Shown: positions 6,743-16,620 of the stretch, one piece after another | Layout: the number at the start of each line of letters is the position of its first letter | Numbering within the stretch: position 1 is the stretch's first letter | Source: an uncultured Mycoplasmatota bacterium | GTDB lineage: Bacteria > Bacillota_I > Bacilli_A > RF39 > UBA660 | Assembly (NCBI GenBank): GCA_945919295.1 | Contig: CAMEJC010000001.1 | Span: 16,973-80,972, forward strand | Reading direction: 5' to 3' | DNA: 64,000 bases | Notes under the pieces: model-generated | The model's database searches: none | What the model was told of the DNA's origin: nothing | What the model saw: only the letters and a program-made list of their open reading frames with translations | Program-made: the position numbers and the translations under genes

Positions 6743-9235
6743 TTGTTATTTATGAGTAAAAGCAAGTTTTTTGAAAAAATAAAAGAAGCTAAAATAGAGC
6801 GTACGGTAGAGGATGTTTATAATGAGGGAATCAACCTCTATTTTCCGACAGACAAAATCATTGAATACCCATTTTCTTGTGACGGATTCGTTGACACAAA
6901 AACCGATAATGGAAAAGTTTTGAAACTAATCATTGAATACAAGTTCAATGAAATAATGTCTAACAGAGTAGCTCGGGCGAAGGTGCTTGTTCAGGTTGTC
7001 TATTACATCAAGAGGTTCGAGCAGAACGGTATGATTCTTCCGAATGTGTGTATGGTAGGCGATAAGGATGAGTGTTTCGTTATGCACACAAACGAACTTC
7101 TCAAATATCTTGATGAGAGTGTTGATTGGTCAATTTCACCATCAAACGCTGCCGCTTCAAACCCTGATTTGGTTCTTAAGATGTCACAAGACGCAAATAT
7201 AAATCCGTTTATCTTTGAAGTCAATGAGGATTTCAGTTTCAAATCTGTTGCCGATAAAATCAAAGATTTGGCAGATAACATTCAAAGATATGTTCGAGTA
7301 ACAGAACATAACCTATCAAAGATTTTCGACTACTTCTGTAAGAATGTTTTGAAGGAAAAAACAAAATTGAGTGCTCATGACATGGTTGAAATCTTTATGG
7401 GTGTTATCGGTGATAAAATGAATTATTTTCAACACCCAAGCAACCCTAATGTTCTTGTTTGCAAAGGAAAGAACGTGAATATGGATGAAAATGCGTTCAA
7501 GTCTTTTTTCGGATATTTTGACCGAAACTATACACCACAAGAAACTATGCGTCTTAACGGGATTGCCGATAGACTTATAATAGAAGCCGACAGACGAAAA
7601 AGTGGTGATTTTTGGACACCTACAATATTCGTTGACTATGCTCACGATATGATTTCAAAAGCTCTCGGTGAAGATTGGAAAGAAAAGTATGTTGTGTGGG
7701 ACAACTGTTGCGCATCACTTAACCTTACGAGAGATTACAAGTTCGGTGAACTATACTGCTCAACCCTTTATCAAAGTGAACTAAACATCGGTGCTGAATA
7801 TAACCCAGAAGCAACAAAGTTTCAATTTGACTTCCTAAATGATGAGATTGTTGGTAAAAATTCTTTGCTCGGAGTGTATAATGATAAACTACCGAAAGGG
7901 CTGAAGGACGCACTTATCAATAACAAACCTATTGTGTTCTTTTTGAACCCTCCTTATGCTACAAGTGCAACATTTACTGCTACAAATCAAAAGACTGATG
8001 GCTGCTGTGACAATATGGTTGCTGAAATGATGCGTAATGACAAACTCGACCTTGCATGCCGTAATATGATAACTCAATTCCTTTATCGTATTATTAGAAT
8101 TAAAAATGAATTTAATTTAACTAATTGTCATATAGCACTTTTTACAAATCCAAACTTTATTTGTGCTAATAGTTTTACTATGTTCAGAAACCTTTTCTTT
8201 GAAAACTTCAAATATGATAATGGTATTTACTTTAATGCAAGCCACTTTGCTGATGTTAGCGACAAATGGGGTATTGCTTTTGAAATTTGGCACAATGGAA
8301 CACAAACTGATAGAGATAACTTTATTCATAAAGTTGTTGAAGTTGAAAATGGTGAAATTGTTGATAAATTTGACAAAGGTATTTACAACTGCGATAATGC
8401 AATTAATACAAGTGAATGGATTAGAGAGATTGATGTATCAAAAACGAAAATTGATTTACCAATACTTAAAAGTGGTATAAATCAATTTGAAAATCCAAAA
8501 AACAAAAAAATTGGTCATTTAACAGATGACGCTATCGGTTGCTATTATCACGTTGCAAGTGATGTTTATCATTCAGCAACTTATGTGGCATTATTTACTG
8601 CTAATTGCTCTCATCCAAGCGGTAAATGGGGTATCACTAAAAATAACTTCGATAGGATAATGGTAACATTTGCCGCTAGAAAATTGGTAAATGATTGTTG
8701 GTACAACGACAAAGATATTTTCATTGCTCCTAACACCGAACACCCTGCATACAATGAGTTTGTGAACGACAGTTTGATTTATAGTCTGTTTCATTCATCA
8801 TCAAACCAATCTTCACTCCGTAATGTTGATTACAAGGGAAAGAAGTGGGACATCAAAAATGAGTTCTTTTGGTTGTCAAATAAAGAGATTGAAAGTCTTG
8901 CTAACACAAATGGATTCACACAAACCTACAATGATGCAAGAACTTCAAAAGAAAGATATGTTTACAACAAACTACAAACCATAACATTATCACCTGAAGC
9001 ACAAGCAGTCTTGGACAAGGCAAATGAGATAGTTAGAAACACATTCAAATATCGTGAAATATTCGACCAAGAACACCCCGAATATCAGATTATGAATTTT
9101 GATTGTGGATGGTATCAAATCAAAGCTGTTGCAAAGCAATATGCCAAATCAGATTATGATGAGTTTGTCAAGTTATTCAAGGCGTTAGAAAACAAAATGC
9201 GTCCAATGGTCTATACGCTTGGTTTTTTGAGATAA
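6743..9235 (+). CDS. MmeI-like Type IIL/IIG restriction-modification fusion enzyme (PD-ExK nuclease plus gamma-class N6-adenine MTase)
   Basis: N-term GFVDTKTDNGKVLKLIIEYK (PD-(D/E)xK, cf. MmeI GFVD...IEMK); GDFWTPTIFVDYAHDMI (motif X); VWDNCCASLNL (degenerate motif I); FLNPPYATS (motif IV NPPY); long C-terminal TRD-like region; preceded by a class-A promoter. Confidence 0.5.
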   Translation: MLFMSKSKFFEKIKEAKIERTVEDVYNEGINLYFPTDKIIEYPFSCDGFVDTKTDNGKVLKLIIEYKFNEIMSNRVARAKVLVQVVYYIKRFEQNGMILPNVCMVGDKDECFVMHTNELLKYLDESVDWSISPSNAAASNPDLVLKMSQDANINPFIFEVNEDFSFKSVADKIKDLADNIQRYVRVTEHNLSKIFDYFCKNVLKEKTKLSAHDMVEIFMGVIGDKMNYFQHPSNPNVLVCKGKNVNMDENAFKSFFGYFDRNYTPQETMRLNGIADRLIIEADRRKSGDFWTPTIFVDYAHDMISKALGEDWKEKYVVWDNCCASLNLTRDYKFGELYCSTLYQSELNIGAEYNPEATKFQFDFLNDEIVGKNSLLGVYNDKLPKGLKDALINNKPIVFFLNPPYATSATFTATNQKTDGCCDNMVAEMMRNDKLDLACRNMITQFLYRIIRIKNEFNLTNCHIALFTNPNFICANSFTMFRNLFFENFKYDNGIYFNASHFADVSDKWGIAFEIWHNGTQTDRDNFIHKVVEVENGEIVDKFDKGIYNCDNAINTSEWIREIDVSKTKIDLPILKSGINQFENPKNKKIGHLTDDAIGCYYHVASDVYHSATYVALFTANCSHPSGKWGITKNNFDRIMVTFAARKLVNDCWYNDKDIFIAPNTEHPAYNEFVNDSLIYSLFHSSSNQSSLRNVDYKGKKWDIKNEFFWLSNKEIESLANTNGFTQTYNDARTSKERYVYNKLQTITLSPEAQAVLDKANEIVRNTFKYREIFDQEHPEYQIMNFDCGWYQIKAVAKQYAKSDYDEFVKLFKALENKMRPMVYTLGFLR

Positions 9236-9265
9236 AAAATTCAACAACTCTAAAATAAAATATAA

Positions 9266-9682
9266 TTGACAGGTAAAACACACATAACAAGCGGTATAGC
9301 ATTATCATTATTAATTTGCAATAATTTTGTTTCTTTTATATTGGTTTTAGTAGGATTAATATTACCTGATATCGACCATAATAATAGTACATTAGGAAAG
9401 ATAATATCTATTATTTCTAAAATTTTAAAACATAGAGGAATAATGCACTCTATTTGGTTACCTTTAATATTATTATTTATTAATAAGCCAATATTCTATG
9501 GATATTGTTTACATTTGATGCTCGATATATTAACTAAAAATGGCATTAAACCACTTAATCCTATATTTAATTTTTCTATAAAAATACCTTTAATAAAAAC
9601 AGGTGGTGTTTTTGAAAAAATGATTTTTTATTTAATAATTTTTTCAATTTTTATTATTTGTTTAACAAAATGTATTTTATAA
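9266..9682 (+). CDS. membrane protein (YdjM/DUF457-like metal-dependent hydrolase fold?)
   Basis: Multiple TM segments; ILPDIDHNNS motif. Confidence 0.4.
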   Translation: MTGKTHITSGIALSLLICNNFVSFILVLVGLILPDIDHNNSTLGKIISIISKILKHRGIMHSIWLPLILLFINKPIFYGYCLHLMLDILTKNGIKPLNPIFNFSIKIPLIKTGGVFEKMIFYLIIFSIFIICLTKCIL

Positions 9683-9728
9683 ACAAAATTAACCCATATA
9701 TTAAAATATTTTTGTACTTTTGCGGTGT
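9675..9728 (+). promoter_or_regulatory. class-A promoter
   Basis: TTTTATAAACAAAATTAACCCATATATTAAAATATTTTTGTACTTTTGCGGTG. Confidence 0.55.
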
Positions 9729-9805
9729 TAAATGACAACCTATGTATTTTGGTTATTAAAATAATTTTTGTATATTTGTAATGATAACAAATTAAATTTA
9801 GTATT

Positions 9806-10036
9806 ATGGCAAAATTAATTAATGTATATAAGGGAATGGTCCTTACTCCCGAAGAGGAGAGAGAGATGTTTGTTGAAACATTCAAGTATCTTGATAAGAA
9901 GTTAGAAAAATTTCTTTCAAGTAAGTATTTTGATAAACTCTATGAAGAAGATGAGTTTATTGGTGCCGCAGTAGAAGATGCAGCAACCAGAGTATCACAA
10001 ATGATTGATTATTGTGAAAGTGGTTTTTGGGATTAA
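9806..10036 (+). CDS. hypothetical protein
   Basis: 76-aa acidic ORF downstream of class-A promoter 9675-9728. Confidence 0.4.
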   Translation: MAKLINVYKGMVLTPEEEREMFVETFKYLDKKLEKFLSSKYFDKLYEEDEFIGAAVEDAATRVSQMIDYCESGFWD

Positions 10037-10041
10037 TAGTT

Positions 10042-10419
10042 ATGTCTATGGATACAAAAGTTAATGTGGGAAAAAGTAGTAGTTTCCTAAAAAGAGTATT
10101 TGGAGTTACGTCAATGGAGAAATCAGTTAACCATGTTTATACTACATTTAAAGGTGGTTATGGTTCATATAATCTTGGTATGACCTATTGGGATTATTTT
10201 TGTTTATGGGGGCATTTAAGGATTCGTTATGATGAAACAGATTTAATTGATGGATGGAAACATATTAGTATACATGGATATAGAAATGGATATACATACA
10301 CGCCTGTTAAAAAATTGTTGTGGACTTTTAAGCATCATATTGCGTTTAATAATAAATGGCCATTTATAAAAATTGGTTTCCATAGAATATGGCCGTTGTA
10401 TGATAAAGAAAAATTTTGA
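10042..10419 (+). CDS. hypothetical protein
   Basis: Start moved to MSMDTK to avoid overlapping the upstream stop. Confidence 0.4.
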   Translation: MSMDTKVNVGKSSSFLKRVFGVTSMEKSVNHVYTTFKGGYGSYNLGMTYWDYFCLWGHLRIRYDETDLIDGWKHISIHGYRNGYTYTPVKKLLWTFKHHIAFNNKWPFIKIGFHRIWPLYDKEKF

Positions 10420-10426
10420 TAAAATT

Positions 10427-11197
10427 ATGGATATGACAAAAGAGGAAAAAATAAATAATTCAAATGTAATTAAAAATATTTCTTATGATCAAAAAGAAAT
10501 ATTATTTAATGTGATGAAGTTATATAATAATGGTGAGCCTTTTGATTGTGATATAACAGCTTCATCATTAAAATTTTATGAACAAAAAAAGAATGATAAA
10601 TATTTTATACCTGAACCAAAATATTTATTTGATGTTTATCCACAATTTGATAAAATACAAAAAATAACACCTTTTAATAAAATACCATTAGAAGATGGTT
10701 CAATTAAATCAATTGTCGTTGATTTACCTTTCGTAATATGTCCTAAAACATGTGCTTCAATGAAAAGGGATAATAAAGAAAATAAAAAAAGTTGTATAAT
10801 AGCAAATAGATTTAGTTCTTGGTATCCATATATGGAAGGGTATGAAAATATGTATTGGTGGATGAATGAATGTAATCGTGTATTAGCTGATGGCGGTATA
10901 ATCTGTTGGAAAATGCAAGACACTATTAGTGCTAGTATATATCATAGTTTCATTGAATTTTGTAAAATTTGTGGACAAGATGTTGGTTTATATTTAATAG
11001 ATGAGTTCTTCTTGGAGGCTAAATCACGCTTAATAAGCGCACCAAAAATGAAACAACAACAACATAGTAGAAAATACACATCAAGTTTCATTGTTCTAAA
11101 AAAAGACATTAAAAACGGAAATAAATATTCACCATTAAAAATACTAGAACAATGTAAAAAAAATGTTTTTGAAGGTAAAACATACGAATTTAAATAA
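10427..11197 (+). CDS. hypothetical protein, possible degenerate DNA MTase (DLPF)
   Basis: Start at MDMTKEEK just after the upstream stop; IVVDLPF resembles MTase motif IV, but no clear FxGxG motif. Confidence 0.3.
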   Translation: MDMTKEEKINNSNVIKNISYDQKEILFNVMKLYNNGEPFDCDITASSLKFYEQKKNDKYFIPEPKYLFDVYPQFDKIQKITPFNKIPLEDGSIKSIVVDLPFVICPKTCASMKRDNKENKKSCIIANRFSSWYPYMEGYENMYWWMNECNRVLADGGIICWKMQDTISASIYHSFIEFCKICGQDVGLYLIDEFFLEAKSRLISAPKMKQQQHSRKYTSSFIVLKKDIKNGNKYSPLKILEQCKKNVFEGKTYEFK

Positions 11198-11203
11198 AAT
11201 TTT

Positions 11204-11892
11204 ATGGAAATAAAATTATATAAAGGTGATTGTTTTGATTTATTAAAACAAATAAAAAATAACACTATTGATTTAGTATTAATTGACCCACCTTACGAAG
11301 TTTCCAGAGATACTAACTTCGCAAAAGGAAAAATAAAAGGTACTGATGTAGATAGATTTAGAGTATCAATGAATTTTGGTGATTGGGATAATAACTTTAC
11401 TGGGTTAGACATTGTAATTAAAGAATGTTATAGAATATTAAAAAAAGGCGGAACATTAATATGTTTCTACGATTTATGGAAAATTACTGTTCTTAAAGAA
11501 TATTTTGAAACAGCAAAGTTTAATCAAATAAGGTTTATTGAATGGATAAAAACAAATCCTGTACCATTAAACAGTATAATAGCAGAGAAATTGCATTAGT
11601 TGGTGTAAAAGGTGGAAAACCAACATTTAATTCTGAATACGATAATGGTATATATAAGCATCCTATTTGCCATGATAAAGATAGGTTTCATCCAACACAA
11701 AAACCACTATCTTTGATTGAAGAGTTGGTGTTAAAACATTCAAATGAAGGTGATTTAGTCCTTGATTGTTTCATGGGAAGTGGTACAACAGGTGTTGCTT
11801 GTAAAAAATTAAATAGAAATTTCATAGGAATGGAAATTAATGAAACTTATTTCAATAAAGCAAAAGAACGAATTGTAAACAAAAATATGTAA
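11204..11892 (+). pseudogene. frameshifted beta-class DNA methyltransferase (paralog of 285-1019)
   Basis: N-part has IDPPYE; C-part has HPTQKP and LDCFMGSGTTGVACKKLNRNFIGMEI; the two parts are in different frames and overlap at 11542-11599; the alignment to 285-1019 is continuous across the shift. Confidence 0.6.
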
Positions 11893-11897
11893 ATAGT

Positions 11898-12158
11898 ATG
11901 ACAGCAAAGGAGTATATATTACAACAAGTCGATAAACTTACGACTATGTTTGACGGAATAGAGTTGCGCTATGCGTATGACCAAATGGCAAATTTTCATA
12001 TTATTGAAGTAACACCGGAATCCATTCGTAGAGGAAACGAAGACTTTGTTAATCAAGAGTATGAAATAGACAAAGAGTTTTCGGAATTATTCCCTGATGA
12101 AGATTTGTTGATAACGGAACCAACTGCATTGACAGTATCTGTGCCGACAGAATATTAA
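11898..12158 (+). CDS. hypothetical acidic protein
   Basis: 86-aa ORF. Confidence 0.4.
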   Translation: MTAKEYILQQVDKLTTMFDGIELRYAYDQMANFHIIEVTPESIRRGNEDFVNQEYEIDKEFSELFPDEDLLITEPTALTVSVPTEY

Positions 12159-12260
12159 AATATTTGGTTGTCATGAAGTACCATAAAAAAAACCTTCTTC
12201 GCATTAGCATATGCGAAAATTGGCTTGACTTTTTCAAAAGTTTTTCAAGAATGAACAAAC

Positions 12261-12318
12261 TTTTATTTTTTTTTATAAACAAATTTAACTCATATATTAA
12301 AAATTTGTTGTACTTTTG
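12261..12318 (+). promoter_or_regulatory. class-A promoter
   Basis: TTTTATAAACAAATTTAACTCATATATTAAAAATTTGTTGTACTTTTGTTGTATC. Confidence 0.55.
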
Positions 12319-12354
12319 TTGTATCAAAGTAAAACAATTAAAATTAAGTTCATT

Positions 12355-13563
12355 ATGCGTAGATATATTAAAAATTTTTTAAGATCAAGAGGTGTTGTTG
12401 AATATAGTGAACAAATGATATATATGGGTTCATTAAAACGTGATGTGCCTAATTTACGTCTAAACAATGACAGATTTATGGTTGCTGCTTTGAGAATGTT
12501 ATTTGATGGTGAACTATCTAATGATGAAGATAAACGCTCATTAAATGTAATTCTTAAACATATTAATAATTGTGGTCAGGTATATAATTATAACTATAAC
12601 CTTAATGGGTTAAAATTAAGTGAGTTGTCTAATAAATATATTGATGAAATAAAATTAAATTCAGAAAACGATAAGGAACGTAGTGCAAAAACAAAACGTT
12701 GTAATGGTAATGGTTATAAGATTATTCCAATTTACTCTTTTGAAGAAGCAAAACAATATAGTAAATATACTGAATGGTGTGTAACTAAAGAATTAGATGA
12801 TTTTAAAGATTACACTAAATGTGGTAATAAGCTTTATTTTTGTTTGAAAGATGGTTTTGAACAAGTTCAACGTAATGACGATGGAGCACCATTGAATGAA
12901 TATGGCTTATCGATGCTTGCTGTTTTAGTCGTTTATAATGGAGATTTGTCTATTATATCAACTAGATATAATCATGAACATAACGGTGAGAATAATGACA
13001 ACTTAATAACTGTTGAACAATTGGAAAATGTTCTTGATGTTAATTTTTATGATATATTTAAACCATATACTACTGAAGAAATGGATGAACTTGGCATTAT
13101 CTTAATTAACCAAGCTCAATCTCTACTTGATAGTGGTAAAGAACCAAGTGAGGTTTTTGAAACTTGTTATGAGTTTTCTGAAGGGTTTGCTGTTGTGTTC
13201 TTAAATAATAAAACTAATTATATTGATACGAATCATAAGTTATTATTACCTAATCAATGGCTTGATTTTTGCTGTAATTTTAAAGAAGGATTTGGACAAG
13301 TTGAAATTGATCATAAATGGAATTTTATTAATGCTAATGGAGAATTATTATCCCAAAATCAATGGTTTGATACTTGTTTTAGTTTTTCTGAAGGGTTTGC
13401 TGTTGTTAGGCTAAATAATAAATATAATTTCCTAAAAACTAATGGAGAATTATTATCACCGAATCAATGGTTTGATAAAATTCGTGATTTTGAAGAAGGT
13501 TTTGCTGAAGTTGAATTAAACAATAAAAGATATAAAATTAATACTAAAGGTGAATTGTTGTAA
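12355..13563 (+). CDS. WG-like beta-repeat protein (paralog A)
   Basis: Start at MRRYIKNF by paralogy with 13651; C-terminal 4 repeats of roughly EGFAxVxLNNKYNFIxxNGELLSPNQWFD (WG-repeat-like); class-A promoter 12261-12318. Confidence 0.55.
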   Translation: MRRYIKNFLRSRGVVEYSEQMIYMGSLKRDVPNLRLNNDRFMVAALRMLFDGELSNDEDKRSLNVILKHINNCGQVYNYNYNLNGLKLSELSNKYIDEIKLNSENDKERSAKTKRCNGNGYKIIPIYSFEEAKQYSKYTEWCVTKELDDFKDYTKCGNKLYFCLKDGFEQVQRNDDGAPLNEYGLSMLAVLVVYNGDLSIISTRYNHEHNGENNDNLITVEQLENVLDVNFYDIFKPYTTEEMDELGIILINQAQSLLDSGKEPSEVFETCYEFSEGFAVVFLNNKTNYIDTNHKLLLPNQWLDFCCNFKEGFGQVEIDHKWNFINANGELLSQNQWFDTCFSFSEGFAVVRLNNKYNFLKTNGELLSPNQWFDKIRDFEEGFAEVELNNKRYKINTKGELL

Positions 13564-13577
13564 TTTGAAAAAAATCA

Positions 13578-13626
13578 TTAACATAGAAATCGTTCATTTA
13601 GAAATTTTATTGTATCTTTGCAGAGT
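13578..13626 (+). promoter_or_regulatory. class-A promoter (variant)
   Basis: ATTTTATTGTATCTTTGCAGAGT. Confidence 0.5.
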
Positions 13627-13650
13627 AAAATTTAAACAATAGTTATCTAT

Positions 13651-15513
13651 ATGAGAAGATATGTAAAAAGATACTTAATGTCAAAAGGGATTTCTGATTA
13701 TAATGAACAAATGAAATACACTGGTTCATTACAACATGATATTCCTAATCTACACCTTGATAAATCAAAATTCCTACTTGCTGCCTTGAGATTGTATTTT
13801 GGGGGTGAGTTGAATAGTGAAGAAAATGTACGTTCATTAGATACGGTACTTAAGTACATCAATAAAGGTAATCATACAAATGAGTATGATTATAACCTTA
13901 ATGGGTTATCATTAATAGAACTATCTAATAAGTATAAGAACGATATACGTCAAGACTCTGAAAACGACAGAAAACGCAGTGAATTAGTTAAACGTAGCAA
14001 TAATGGTGGTTACAACATTATTCCTATTAATTCCTTTGAAGAAGCAAGTAAATATTCTAAATACACATCTTGGTGTGTGACACAGGATAAAAATGCGTTT
14101 GATAGTTATACAAGAGGTGGTAGTAGATTTTATTTTTGTTTAAAACAAGGTTTTGAAAGTGTTGAGCAAGATAATAACGGTGCTCCATTAAATGCTTATG
14201 GCTTATCAATGATAGCAGTGAATGTTGATATGAATGGTGATTTGACAAGAATTACTACAAGATACAATCATGAGTTTAATGGTGAGAATAATAATGGTTT
14301 ATGTACTGTTGAGCAATTGGAAGATGCACTTGATGTTAATTTTTATCAGGTATTTAAACCATATACGAGAGAGGTGTTACATTCTATGGGAATAGTGTTG
14401 TTTGATGAGGTTCAAGATTTGCTTGATAGTGGTAAAGACCCAAAAAAGTTATTTGATAGTGTCGATAAATTTTATGAGGGTTTTGCAATAGTTAAATTAA
14501 ATGATAAATATAATGATAAATATAATTTTATAGATACAAAAAGTAATTTATTATTACCAAATCAATGGTTTGACTGGTGTAGTGATTTTAAAGAAGGTTT
14601 TGCTATTGTTGAATTAAATGGTAAGTATAATTTTATAGATATAAATTGTGAAATATTATCATCAAATCAATGGTATGATTATTGTTTCAATTTCAGAGAA
14701 GGTTTTGCAATAGTTAAATTAAATGATAAATATAATTTTATAGATATAAATTGTGAAATATTATCATCAAATCAATGGTTTGACTCTGCTTGTGGTTTTA
14801 AAGATGGATTTGCACGAGTTAATTTAAAAGGTAAATTTAATTTTATAGATAGAAATGGTGAAATATTATCACCAAATCAGTGGTTTGATGATTGTGGAAA
14901 TTTTCATGAAGGTTTTGTAAGAGTTGGATTAAATGGTAAGTTTAATTTTATTGACACTAATGGTAAGTTATTATTACCAAATCAGTGGTTTACGAACGTA
15001 TATGATTTTCATGAAGGATTTGCACGAGTTAATTTAAAAGCTAAATTGAATTTTATAAATAAAAAAGGTGAGTTATTGTCCAAAAATCAGTGGTTTGATT
15101 ATTGTAGAAAATTTAATGATGGTTTTTCTGGCGTTTTTTTAAATGATAAATGGAATTTTATAGACACTAATGGTAAGTTATTATCACCTAATCAATGGTT
15201 TGATGAGGTTTATGATTTTGAAGATGATTATGCGAGAGTTAAATTAAATGATAAGTATAATTTTATTGACACAAAAGGTAAGATATTGTCACCTAATAAA
15301 TGGTTTGATTATGTTTTTAGTTTTGATGGTGGTTTTGCTGTTGTTAGGCTAAATAATAAATATAATTTCCTAAAAACTAATGGTGAATTATTATCACCAA
15401 ATCAATGGTTTGATAAGTGTAGTTCGTTTCGTAACGGATTTTCTGATATTAAAATAGACGATAAATTGTTTAAAATTAATAAAGATGGAGAAATATTATC
15501 TAATGAAAAATAA
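13651..15513 (+). CDS. WG-like beta-repeat protein (paralog B, about 12 repeats)
   Basis: N-terminal 270 aa homologous to 12355-13563; about 12 tandem roughly 30-aa repeats; class-A promoter 13578-13626. Confidence 0.6.
   Translation: MRRYVKRYLMSKGISDYNEQMKYTGSLQHDIPNLHLDKSKFLLAALRLYFGGELNSEENVRSLDTVLKYINKGNHTNEYDYNLNGLSLIELSNKYKNDIRQDSENDRKRSELVKRSNNGGYNIIPINSFEEASKYSKYTSWCVTQDKNAFDSYTRGGSRFYFCLKQGFESVEQDNNGAPLNAYGLSMIAVNVDMNGDLTRITTRYNHEFNGENNNGLCTVEQLEDALDVNFYQVFKPYTREVLHSMGIVLFDEVQDLLDSGKDPKKLFDSVDKFYEGFAIVKLNDKYNDKYNFIDTKSNLLLPNQWFDWCSDFKEGFAIVELNGKYNFIDINCEILSSNQWYDYCFNFREGFAIVKLNDKYNFIDINCEILSSNQWFDSACGFKDGFARVNLKGKFNFIDRNGEILSPNQWFDDCGNFHEGFVRVGLNGKFNFIDTNGKLLLPNQWFTNVYDFHEGFARVNLKAKLNFINKKGELLSKNQWFDYCRKFNDGFSGVFLNDKWNFIDTNGKLLSPNQWFDEVYDFEDDYARVKLNDKYNFIDTKGKILSPNKWFDYVFSFDGGFAVVRLNNKYNFLKTNGELLSPNQWFDKCSSFRNGFSDIKIDDKLFKINKDGEILSNEK
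14478..14779. repeat. exact internal DNA repeats inside the WG-repeat gene (about 39 bp and 49 bp exact copies)
   Basis: GAGGGTTTTGCAATAGTTAAATTAAATGATAAATATAAT at 14478 and 14700; TATAATTTTATAGATATAAATTGTGAAATATTATCATCAAATCAATGGT at 14626 and 14731. Confidence 0.75.
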
Positions 15514-15677
15514 TGATGATATAATGACATTAGCACTAAAGGCTGTTAGGAAGAAAAATAGGGAAGACGAAATTAAATATTTCGGAAAATCTATCTCATA
15601 TTGTACAGTCTTTAAAAATAAAAAAAAATATTGCAGAAAAATTAAACATAAAAATAATTAAACATTAAAATAATAAT

Positions 15678-16553
15678 ATGGAAAATATTAATCTATTTAA
15701 AAATAATGATTTAGATATTTTTATCTATAGTCATATACCTTTTAAACCTGTTACTAATGACCATACTTATAAGATTTTAACTAATTCAAAATGTAAATCA
15801 AGTGATTTCAATACTGACCTCGAAATTTTCAGAGATTATTATGGAGATAATATTTCTAATAACAATCTAATGTATAATGAATATTGTGGTTTATATTGGA
15901 TTTACAAAAATTATCCAATTAAAAAATATATTGGATTAAATCATTATAGAAGAATATACACTACTGATAATGGTGAAGTTTTAGAACACGATAAATTACC
16001 TTCTGTTGATAAAATATTTGAAAATCACGATATAATTCTAAATAAACCTCTACAACTTAGAATGTTTAATGGTATGGATAGAGGTGGTGAATTATTTAAT
16101 AATTATGATTGGTATAAATGTTGGCATAATATTGATGACCTAAATCTTTTGGGTGATATAATAAATGATTTATACCCTAATCTAATGGATGGATATCAAA
16201 GTATGTTAAATAAAACTTATTTATACCCTTCATCTATGTTCATTATGAAACGTGATGACTTCATAAAGTATTGTGATTTTATTTTCAATGTATTAAATGA
16301 ATTTAGAATCAGAAGATGTTTTTATAATACTAATGATTGCATAAAATATGTACAAGAACATAGCGATTTATATATAAAGAAAGAAAAAGGACACGATTAC
16401 TATGACGTGGAAAAACAATCAAGAATTATTGGATACATCGCAGAAAGAGCACTTGCAACTTACTTAATGCACGGTGGAGATAACTCAATTGAAAGTAAAG
16501 CAAAAATATTTAACTGGGCTTTAATACCTGAAAAATATTGGAAAATAAACTAA
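15678..16553 (+). CDS. hypothetical protein (DUF4422-like putative glycosyltransferase?)
   Basis: N-term DIFIYSHIPFKP resembles the DUF4422 start pattern; weak. Confidence 0.35.
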   Translation: MENINLFKNNDLDIFIYSHIPFKPVTNDHTYKILTNSKCKSSDFNTDLEIFRDYYGDNISNNNLMYNEYCGLYWIYKNYPIKKYIGLNHYRRIYTTDNGEVLEHDKLPSVDKIFENHDIILNKPLQLRMFNGMDRGGELFNNYDWYKCWHNIDDLNLLGDIINDLYPNLMDGYQSMLNKTYLYPSSMFIMKRDDFIKYCDFIFNVLNEFRIRRCFYNTNDCIKYVQEHSDLYIKKEKGHDYYDVEKQSRIIGYIAERALATYLMHGGDNSIESKAKIFNWALIPEKYWKIN

Positions 16554-16620
16554 TTATAATAATATTTTATTTTTAATGATCAAAATAATTTTGTATATTT
16601 AATAAAAAACTAATAGTGAT

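Noticed and set aside
9740-9790. Second, degenerate class-A-like copy (TTTTTGTATATTTGTAATG) 50 bp after promoter 9675-9728
   Set aside because: It lacks the TTTATAAACA upstream half. It may be a remnant or duplicated -10 region, and the evidence is insufficient to call a separate promoter
11204-11892. Calling 11204-11599 and 11542-11892 as two separate genes
   Set aside because: Together they reconstitute one beta-class MTase collinear with 285-1019. Annotated as a single frameshifted gene
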